From a virus: a stretch of DNA of 64,000 nt. Of this stretch, positions 1 through 8,077 are shown piece by piece. Under the pieces are notes generated by a model. It was not told where the DNA came from. It did not search any database and saw only the letters and a program-made list of their open reading frames with translations. Location: the IMG/VR virus record IMGVR_UViG_3300034198_023063, positions 1-64,000 of that record. One strand, 5' to 3'. Each line of letters opens with the position of its first letter. The stretch's first letter is position 1. A program made the position numbers and the translations under genes.

Positions 1-1
1 A

Positions 2-3000
2 AATACTAGATATCAACCACTAGCTTCTTTCTTGCCATTTGGAATGAGATTCGAAGAGGGGGATGAAATTTCTAAAATGATTGGTTTAGCCAAAGGTTAT
101 GTCCCTAATTTTGCAAGAGAAAAAATAATCGCTGCCGCATTTAAAACCAAAAAAGGTAATATTTTTACTGGCTCATATCATGGCGCAGCATATGAAAAAA
201 TTCCAGAAGGAGAAAATATTGATCTTATAGATGGATTTGTCACTAATTCTGGAAAATTTGTAGACAGAAAAGAAGCTGGTTTAATAGCTCAATCCGCTCA
301 TCAATTATATAATAATGGAAACAATAGGAAAGCATTTGCATCGAATAACTATAAATTAGACACAGCGTTTTTGCCTCTTCCTCAAGAAAAATATCGTAGC
401 CGTGGATATATTCCTAATTTCTCTGGGCTATCTCAATCTATATCTAGAGAAAAACAAATGACAGGCTTGCCAGTCTCTCAGATAATGGCTCATTTTGATG
501 GCAAAGGAAATCCAATTGCTGTAACAAATAAAAGAGATGAGCCAAATGGCCTAAAAGATGTGCCGAATTTTGCCCCGCCAAGAGGAGGAGGTAGAGGTGG
601 AGCTAGAGGTGGTAAGGGGTCATCATTAACTCCTGAAAGGGCTATTATTTTAACTCAGGTATTAAATGTAATAGCTGGAGCGGTAGAAGCTGGAGTTAAT
701 GTAGCTGCTCAAAATGAATCTATTTCCCCCGAAACAGCAAGAACTGTTAGTTTCGCTGTGGCTGGTATTAATGCTTTGATTGGGATATCTGCTGGCCTTA
801 AGTCTGTCGGAGGATTTAAAAAAGCTACTGGTCTTCAACGAACTGCTGCCATAGGTTTGCCATTAGTAGCGGCGGCGGCAACTGCTGGAGTTGGGTATCT
901 TGGGTCTGAATCTTTAAAGAAAAACATTTCTCAACAAAAAATCCAAAGAGAATCCGAAAGGGTAGCTCAACAATTTTCGGATCTAACAAATAGTACTCAA
1001 GAACTTAGTGACACTTTGTCTAAATTGGATGCTGCTTATAAAGATGTGTCCACAAATCCAGACGAGTTGCTTAAATTAACAAAAAAATCTACAGAACTTA
1101 CAACTAAGATTTCTAAAACAAACCCTCAGTTGTCAGCTAAATTAGCTGCTGAACCAAATCTTGGTCGTCGCATAGACTTAATACAAGAAAGTAATAAAGA
1201 AGCGACAAGCCAACAAACAGTAGACCAAGAAATCTTAAAACTCAGAAGCCAAGGAAAAGTTTCTAATAAAGAATTAGAATCTTCTTTTAATCGTTTGATA
1301 GGTGGAGTTGGAGAAGATATTTTTAAAACTAAAGAAGGGTCTGTCACAGAAGCTAATTTGCCAGAATTTTTAAAAAAGAATAAATTAGAAAATTTATCTA
1401 AGTTTTTTGACGAGCAAGATAAAGAAGTACAATCCAAATTAAGACCAGCTTTTACTAAAGCTCTTAACAGCCAATTAAAATTAAATAACGAAGCTGAAAA
1501 ATATAATAAAGAAGTAATTAGAATTCAAGGAGACCTATTTAAATCTAGAAAAAAGGTCCAAACAGAAAAAGAGCTTAGAGATATAAATTTAGCAGGAAAA
1601 ATTTCTAACATAGAATCGTTACAAGATTTTGCTCAAAATTTTGGATCGAGGGCTGCTATTTCAGCTAAGGTTGACGCATATAAAACTATTGAAGGATTGA
1701 AGCCGACTAATCAATTTAAACAGGCTATAAATACACAACTCAGAAATGGAAATTTTTCACCTGAAATAACTAGAAAATTATCTTCTATAGAAGGCCCCGG
1801 AGATGTAGCAAAAAAACAATTAGAAGAGATAGCTGCTACTAAAAATTTAACCGAAGAACAAAAAGAGGGTATTAAAAAATTAATAACTCAAAATCAAACT
1901 TCTACTGATGAATTAAAAAAGATCTCTGATATTTCAGAAATAAATAAAAATAATCAATTAAGATTATTAACGATTCAAGAAAAATTGGGTTTTGGTGGAG
2001 GAATTAAAACATCTATAGACGCCAAATCAAGAGTAGAATCTATCAATGCGCCACTCAGAGGAGCTTTAGAATATCAAATTGGAGCGCAATTAGGTTCTCC
2101 AAGATCAATGATAGCTGGCCAAACAAATTTCTTAAAATCTATCCAAGGGCTATATCCCGGCTTAATAGATAAAACTGGAGGGTTAGCTATGGCTTCTCAA
2201 CGTTTATCTGCTTTGAGAATGGGTGACCTTCAGCTTGATTTGATGAAAAATGCTGCCACTGCCGGAAGAATGGGAATGCCTGATGTAGCTGCCGAGTTAA
2301 TGAAGAAGGCTTTCGATCCAAAAGCTTTGGCGGAAATAGCAAAAACTCAAACTGAAACTGAACTTCAAACTGGAAAAACGCCAACTGAAATTTCTAATGA
2401 ATTAAAATCTGCATTTGATTATTTTTCACAATCATTAAATGAAACATTCAAAGGAGAGGCAGAAATAAGACAAAAAGAGAAAGACGTAGCTCAACCTTTA
2501 GAAACAGTCACTAAAACATTTGAAAATTTTCAAAGTGATTTAACTAAGAAAATAGAAGCAGCATTTCAAGAAGCATTTGGAAAAAATGGGGTAGAATTTA
2601 AAAACTCTACAATTGAAGCCCCAAATGCTACGGTTAATGTTTCATCTGCGGCTCCAGCACAATCAGCGTCGAGTGGCGCACAACAGGCGGAAGCTAATAA
2701 AGCGAGCATGGGTGGTTTTAGTAAAGGATTTATTCCTAGTTTTTATAACCCCCTAAGGGAGGCAATACAACGAGAAAATAAATACGTTCCATTTAATTCT
2801 ATAAGAGTAAATAAGAGTGATAAATTAATAAATCCAAACAATCCTTTTGGATTAGCAGTTACAAATACTTTTGATGAACCTAACGGTTTAGCTAGTATAG
2901 GTTTAGCTTCTGGAGGTTTTGTTCCAAATTTCGCAGCATTTGGTTCTAGGGCCGCCTCTGAAGCGAGAAACAACGCTAGGCTTGGAAAACTATATGTTTG

Positions 3001-6000
3001 GGATAATATAGACAATGGCTTTAGAAAAGTTAATCCAAGCGGAACAGTTGACGCTAATTTAATAGATCCAAAAGATTTACCAAAAGGAGCCAGAACAATA
3101 TCAACTGAGCTTTCTCAAGGAGGAGGAAAAAAATCAATAATTCCATTAAAAGATCCAAAAGTTACTAAGCTTGATGAATTAAGTCTTCCGGGCATAGCAA
3201 GATCTCAACCTATAGATAAAATTCTTTCTAGATTAGACAGGCAGGGAAGATTAACCCCTAAGAATTTATTAACAGAAATTAATAAAGTTTCTGGAGGAAA
3301 AGATGTTGTTGTTAAAACAGGTTTCGGAGAGTCTAATGTTCAAAGTAAAGGTGTTTATGGATTAGGCGGAAAATTATCTACCGCTGATGCAAGATCTATT
3401 ATCGGGAAATACACTAGAGGAACTGGCAGTGGCTTTTTTACTCAAGAAAAAGTTCCAACATATTACAATGAATTAAGAGTCCATGTCGCAGTAGACGACA
3501 AAGGAAATATAAAAATAATAAAAGGAGGAACAATTTTAAAGGCAACAGGATTTGATCCCTCTGCTGGTCCTTCTGTAAAAGCTTATACAGACGCAGGTCT
3601 TTCTAAGAATGAAGCTATTAAAATGTCTAAATCTTTTAGAAGATCTGCTGAAGCTTCAGCTTTTGACGCTATAAGAACTTTAGTAAAAACTAAAGGAGTA
3701 AAAAATGCATTCTTTGGAGTAGACGTAGGTGGAACCACTTTGCAATCAGCTTTAGATGCTGGTGTTAAAACTAGAGAATTTTATTCTGGGGGAAGAGGCA
3801 GAGTCGGCACTATTGTATTTGAAGTAAATCCTAGCGATAAAACTGGATCTACCGGATTTATGGGCAGAGGTTTATCTGAAAAATTAGTAAAAAATATTTT
3901 TGGTCAAAAACCTGCTCCTTCAGGATTAACAACAGGTTCACCTGCGATAGGAATTAATCCGACAGGAAATCCAACGTATCCTCCGATAATAAGACCATCG
4001 CTATCTCCTTCTGGGGCTCCATTAGCTTCAGGTCTTCCCGCTGGATTTAGCGCTAAACCAAGTTTAGCCTCTTCTATTATAAATACTGTTAAAAATCAAG
4101 CTACGTTAACAAAAAATTCATTAGTAGCGGGATTCCAAAATATGGCTGGTAAAGCTGGTACTTTTGCAACTAATTTACCAAATATAGGTAGTGGATTAGG
4201 CTCTAAATTTTCAGGATTGGTTAGTGGAGCGAAAGGTTTAGCTGGAAGCGCAGGTTCTAATTTAATGTCGTTTGGAAGAAATGCCTTAGGAAAAGCTGGC
4301 ACTGGCCTTACAATAGCTGGTTCTTTAGGTTTAGGCGAAGAAGCTTATGAGGCTTTAAAGCGCGGAGAGTTTGGAAATGCCGCTGTTTATGGTGGAGCTT
4401 CTGTAGGTTTAGGTATTGGAGCGTTAAATAATATTTTTGGAAAGCAACCTATTTTTAATTCTAGAGCTGGTAGATATGTAGATCCTACAACTGGTAGATT
4501 TACGAGCGCTCCAAAAACTGGTTTATTTGGAAAATTTGCTGGAGGAGCATCTGGAATAGCATCAGCATTACTAAGTGGCGCTCAAACGGTTGAAGAAATA
4601 AAAAATAAAAAATATGGTAATGCGGCTGTTTCTGGCGCTCAGACAGCTCTTTATATCGCTTCTGCTTTATCCAAAAAAGCTACTGGAGCTTTTGGTATAG
4701 CTTCTGGTTTAGGTTTAGCTAAAGACATAGCGAACGCAAAAAATTTCGAGTTAGCTTCTGATTGGTCAGATGTTTTATTTGGCAAAGCAGAGCAAGGCGG
4801 AGGAATTGCTGATTTGGTTGGTACTGCTTTAACCGCTGCTTCTGGTCCAATTGGCGCTGGTGTCGCTACAGCTAAAATTGGATATAGAATTGGTAATGTA
4901 ATAGAAAATAAGCTGGGTTTAGGAGACAAACTTGGAAATGTTATGGCTGGCAGCGAAGCTGCCACAAGAGCCGAATTCGCTTCTCTTGGCATGGCCAAAT
5001 CCATCGCTAAGAAAGACGTTATAGAAGGAAAACAATCTGCATCTAAATATATAGAATCAAAGAGAAGAGATTTAGAAGAGTTAAGCAAAACTGGAGCTTT
5101 TAAAGGAGATGTTATTGACACCTTAAATAAAGATTTAGATCAAATAGCCAGTAAAAGAAAAGAAAGAGAAAAAGCCATCGAAGAGAAATCTAGAACTGAC
5201 GCTATAATCGCTAAAAGAGCTGAAGAAACTAAAGCGAGAGAAGCTGGCTTCAAAGCTGAAGATGAAAAACGAAAAGAAGATCAAAATAAATTTGACGCTT
5301 CTTTAAGGGGAAAAATAGTAGATGGCGTAATTAGAAACGAAGAGCTTTCTGGATTACAAACATCTAGGGATAAAGCTTTATACATAATTGAGCAAGAAAA
5401 GAGATTTGGTAAATTTTCTGAAGCTGATTTTGGTGAAAATAAAGGTTTGTACGATTCTTACAAAAACTACTCCAAAGAGTCGCAAAACATTAAAAAGAAA
5501 GAAGATAAATTCAATGCCGAACTAATGAATCCAGAAGCTGCTGGAGGAGTGGCTTATAGAACACAACCTTTTAGAGAAGAGCAGCAAAGAAAAGTCGAAG
5601 AGCTGGCTTCTTTTCCAAAAGATGCTTTTGAAGAAGCAGCAAGAAGAAGAATGACTGTTGAAGACGTAATGGAAGAAAGGAAGAAGGGCGCGACAAAGAA
5701 TAAATTCAACGGATTCATTCCAAACTTCGCTTATCGCAGAGAGAGGTCTAGTGTATTAACAAGCCCAGATTATGTTGGGTATAGAAATGCTATTCCAGAA
5801 CCTTCTAAATACTATAAAAATGTAGTTAAGAATACCGCTGAAATAGAAGTGCCTGCTGTTGAGGTTTACAATAGAATGGGTCTTTTTGGAGCACAACCTA
5901 AGAATGCTTCTGAAAAATATGCTATTTTGAATCCAGCGCAACAAGCCCAATTAGGTTATGCTGCTAATGGATTTATTCCAAACTTTGCGCCAGAACAATT

Positions 6001-6208
6001 TGCTGGAGCAATAAGCGAGGCTTTGCAACAAGCCTTATCTCCAATGTTTGAGAAAATGGGGTCTTCAGTATCTAATTCTAACGTTATCAATGTTCATGAC
6101 CAAAGATCTTTTGATGTGACATCGGATAAAGTAAATGGAGTAATGGAATTCTTACAAAAACAATTCCCGACACAATTTGCAAGACAAATGGGTCCAAATA
6201 AAGTATAA
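2..6208 (+). CDS. Tape-measure-like polyprotein, 5'-truncated (>2060 aa), with repeated GFxPNFA motifs and embedded cargo domains
   Basis: The frame is open from base 2 (NTRYQPLASFLPFGM...), so the TTG at 32 is probably not the true start. Long coiled-coil (Q/E/K-rich) tracts, Gly/Ala-rich hydrophobic segments and a TMP-like C-terminus (SNSNVINVHDQRSFDV). Lies directly upstream of hub/baseplate-like genes. Confidence 0.75.
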   Translation, partial: NTRYQPLASFLPFGMRFEEGDEISKMIGLAKGYVPNFAREKIIAAAFKTKKGNIFTGSYHGAAYEKIPEGENIDLIDGFVTNSGKFVDRKEAGLIAQSAHQLYNNGNNRKAFASNNYKLDTAFLPLPQEKYRSRGYIPNFSGLSQSISREKQMTGLPVSQIMAHFDGKGNPIAVTNKRDEPNGLKDVPNFAPPRGGGRGGARGGKGSSLTPERAIILTQVLNVIAGAVEAGVNVAAQNESISPETARTVSFAVAGINALIGISAGLKSVGGFKKATGLQRTAAIGLPLVAAAATAGVGYLGSESLKKNISQQKIQRESERVAQQFSDLTNSTQELSDTLSKLDAAYKDVSTNPDELLKLTKKSTELTTKISKTNPQLSAKLAAEPNLGRRIDLIQESNKEATSQQTVDQEILKLRSQGKVSNKELESSFNRLIGGVGEDIFKTKEGSVTEANLPEFLKKNKLENLSKFFDEQDKEVQSKLRPAFTKALNSQLKLNNEAEKYNKEVIRIQGDLFKSRKKVQTEKELRDINLAGKISNIESLQDFAQNFGSRAAISAKVDAYKTIEGLKPTNQFKQAINTQLRNGNFSPEITRKLSSIEGPGDVAKKQLEEIAATKNLTEEQKEGIKKLITQNQTSTDELKKISDISEINKNNQLRLLTIQEKLGFGGGIKTSIDAKSRVESINAPLRGALEYQIGAQLGSPRSMIAGQTNFLKSIQGLYPGLIDKTGGLAMASQRLSALRMGDLQLDLMKNAATAGRMGMPDVAAELMKKAFDPKALAEIAKTQTETELQTGKTPTEISNELKSAFDYFSQSLNETFKGEAEIRQKEKDVAQPLETVTKTFENFQSDLTKKIEAAFQEAFGKNGVEFKNSTIEAPNATVNVSSAAPAQSASSGAQQAEANKASMGGFSKGFIPSFYNPLREAIQRENKYVPFNSIRVNKSDKLINPNNPFGLAVTNTFDEPNGLASIGLASGGFVPNFAAFGSRAASEARNNARLGKLYVWDNIDNGFRKVNPSGTVDANLIDPKDLPKGARTISTELSQGGGKKSIIPLKDPKVTKLDELSLPGIARSQPIDKILSRLDRQGRLTPKNLLTEINKVSGGKDVVVKTGFGESNVQSKGVYGLGGKLSTADARSIIGKYTRGTGSGFFTQEKVPTYYNELRVHVAVDDKGNIKIIKGGTILKATGFDPSAGPSVKAYTDAGLSKNEAIKMSKSFRRSAEASAFDAIRTLVKTKGVKNAFFGVDVGGTTLQSALDAGVKTREFYSGGRGRVGTIVFEVNPSDKTGSTGFMGRGLSEKLVKNIFGQKPAPSGLTTGSPAIGINPTGNPTYPPIIRPSLSPSGAPLASGLPAGFSAKPSLASSIINTVKNQATLTKNSLVAGFQNMAGKAGTFATNLPNIGSGLGSKFSGLVSGAKGLAGSAGSNLMSFGRNALGKAGTGLTIAGSLGLGEEAYEALKRGEFGNAAVYGGASVGLGIGALNNIFGKQPIFNSRAGRYVDPTTGRFTSAPKTGLFGKFAGGASGIASALLSGAQTVEEIKNKKYGNAAVSGAQTALYIASALSKKATGAFGIASGLGLAKDIANAKNFELASDWSDVLFGKAEQGGGIADLVGTALTAASGPIGAGVATAKIGYRIGNVIENKLGLGDKLGNVMAGSEAATRAEFASLGMAKSIAKKDVIEGKQSASKYIESKRRDLEELSKTGAFKGDVIDTLNKDLDQIASKRKEREKAIEEKSRTDAIIAKRAEETKAREAGFKAEDEKRKEDQNKFDASLRGKIVDGVIRNEELSGLQTSRDKALYIIEQEKRFGKFSEADFGENKGLYDSYKNYSKESQNIKKKEDKFNAELMNPEAAGGVAYRTQPFREEQQRKVEELASFPKDAFEEAARRRMTVEDVMEERKKGATKNKFNGFIPNFAYRRERSSVLTSPDYVGYRNAIPEPSKYYKNVVKNTAEIEVPAVEVYNRMGLFGAQPKNASEKYAILNPAQQAQLGYAANGFIPNFAPEQFAGAISEALQQALSPMFEKMGSSVSNSNVINVHDQRSFDVTSDKVNGVMEFLQKQFPTQFARQMGPNKV
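95..5989 (+). repeat. Seven dispersed peptide motifs G(F/Y)(I/V)P(N/S)F(A/S/Y) in the tape measure protein
   Basis: GYVPNFA 95-115, GYIPNFS 404-424, DVPNFA 557-574, GFIPSFY 2726-2746, GFVPNFA 2915-2935, GFIPNFA 5711-5731, GFIPNFA 5969-5989. Synonymous codons differ, so conservation is at the protein level. Confidence 0.9.
3150..3870 (+). other. ATP-grasp (RimK-like) ligase domain embedded in the tape measure protein
   Basis: ATP-grasp motifs in the correct order: VVVKTGFGES..SKGV (~3305), FFTQEKV (~3434), ELRVHV (~3470), FFGVDV (~3710), IVFEVNPS (~3812). Confidence 0.7.
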
Positions 6209-6213
6209 TAAAT

Positions 6214-8076
6214 ATGGCTTTTACATCTGAAACAATCCTCAAGTTTGGATCAACGACAATTAATTTTGCTGTTGTAACTTTATTGGATTATAATTTAGAA
6301 GCTCAGAAAGCTGGCGCATTTTCTTACAGAAGAAAAGAGAATTTTTCTGTTCAAGGTTATTTTTCTAATAGAGAGTCTAACGTTCCAATATCTGAACATT
6401 TTAGGCAAGTAAAAGCTTTATTGGAAAATTCAACAGACTTTGTTGATCTTCAGCTAAATGATAAATCTTATGGAAAAGTTAGGTTTACTGGTTTTTCTTT
6501 TCCAACTTCGGTTGCTTTTGATGAAAACGCGGTAAGATTTAGTAAATTTACCATAAGCATGGAGGTCTTTAAGGACGACTCTACGGGATCTTATGCTTTA
6601 GCTAATTTACCAACCGCAATAGGGTCATTAACTACAAATTGGTATAAACTTAAAGATTTTTCAGAAACATTATCTTTCACTTTATCTGAGGAAGGCAATT
6701 TTGACGTGTCTCACTCGCTGTCTTTTGGCGTAGATAATATCGACAAACAAACAGACTCACAAGTAGTAGCTCTAGCTAATACAATAGCGAATACTTTTTT
6801 TGCTCAAGGTTTAGATTCTTTATCGTCAATAAGATCTTTGTATAGTTCTACTAGCTTTCAAGTATCCAATTCAGATTATGGGTCTTCAATCGTAGATCAA
6901 AGCGTAGATTTAATTAATTATAACTTTTCTTATTCTAAAAATTATACTGTTTTTTCTGACAATGCATCGACAACTTCAGAAACTATAGTAACAGATATAT
7001 CTATAAACAACGACGGAATAATAGAAGTTTATGAAAAAGGAAGAATAAAAGGTAAGGGTATAACTTTAGAAGCGGCAAGAACTAATGCTCTAGCTAAATT
7101 AGATGCGAACTTAAGTTCGGCGTACACTAGATGTAATAATTATTTTCAGTCTTATTTTTCTACTTATTATAATAGTTTTGCAAGAGCAATCCCTAAAATA
7201 AGTTCAAGCGAAACATTAAAATCTAACGCAATATCTATAACAAAAGATTTAACGGGGATAGAAACTGAAGTTGGTTATGAAATTAGATTTTCAACAAGTT
7301 CGGCTTATTCAAGTTCTAGCAGAATCCATACTTATACAATAAATTTGATAAAAAATGAAACAGGAATTGTAGAGGCAACCATTCAAGGTTCTGTAAAATA
7401 CTATACTAATAAAAATTCCAACTTTAATAAAATATCTGATTTTAAAACAAATATAATAGACTCTCCAAGCCCTACCGATATAAACGCTATAACTCCATAT
7501 TATCAAAAAATGACTGGTTCCGTTGCAAATTATGGAGGTAAAAAGACGGCTTCTCAAATAAGCTATACTAAGTTTGGTGTGGAAATTCAATATTCAAAAT
7601 CGTTTTCCGATTCAGCGACCATATTATCTTCTGGTCTTGTTTCTCAATGCTCTATATCAGACACAACCAATTTGCCATCAAGCAGATATTCAACGGTAAA
7701 TGTTCCAAATTTTAAAGAAATTATTTATCAAACTAGGCAATTATCTGAAGGTTCAAAAAGCATATCTATACAAATTAAGATAAATAGAAACTCTTTATAT
7801 TCAACAGCAGCTTCGAATTTGGATAGTTCAATTGTTTTTTCTAAAATAAAAACATTGTTGACTACTAATATGCTTCATAAAACAAGTGGATATCTTTTCG
7901 GCACTGGTCCAGTTGGTGTGATATCTTTTTTAAAAATATTTAATCAAGGGCTATCATTTAAAATAGGAGAATTAACATATTTTTTAGAATCCGTAAAGCT
8001 TTCTTTAGATAGTTCTTATAATTTAAGGGCAGATTTGGTTTATAAGTTTTTGGCCTTGAAGGAGAAATTAAAATAA
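6214..8076 (+). CDS. Virion structural protein, probable tail hub/distal-tail-like, with internal beta-rich repeats (620 aa)
   Basis: Immediately follows the TMP. S/T/Y-rich beta-strand pattern; recurring motifs such as DGIIEVYEKGRIKG and TGIVEATIQGSVKY. Confidence 0.55.
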   Translation: MAFTSETILKFGSTTINFAVVTLLDYNLEAQKAGAFSYRRKENFSVQGYFSNRESNVPISEHFRQVKALLENSTDFVDLQLNDKSYGKVRFTGFSFPTSVAFDENAVRFSKFTISMEVFKDDSTGSYALANLPTAIGSLTTNWYKLKDFSETLSFTLSEEGNFDVSHSLSFGVDNIDKQTDSQVVALANTIANTFFAQGLDSLSSIRSLYSSTSFQVSNSDYGSSIVDQSVDLINYNFSYSKNYTVFSDNASTTSETIVTDISINNDGIIEVYEKGRIKGKGITLEAARTNALAKLDANLSSAYTRCNNYFQSYFSTYYNSFARAIPKISSSETLKSNAISITKDLTGIETEVGYEIRFSTSSAYSSSSRIHTYTINLIKNETGIVEATIQGSVKYYTNKNSNFNKISDFKTNIIDSPSPTDINAITPYYQKMTGSVANYGGKKTASQISYTKFGVEIQYSKSFSDSATILSSGLVSQCSISDTTNLPSSRYSTVNVPNFKEIIYQTRQLSEGSKSISIQIKINRNSLYSTAASNLDSSIVFSKIKTLLTTNMLHKTSGYLFGTGPVGVISFLKIFNQGLSFKIGELTYFLESVKLSLDSSYNLRADLVYKFLALKEKLK

Positions 8077-8077
8077 T

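Noticed and set aside
6181-6213. Possible promoter AAGACA-N17-TATAAT before 6214
   Set aside because: The TATAAT overlaps the TMP stop codon in very AT-rich sequence, the -35 is weak and the ATG is only 4 nt away; could be chance.
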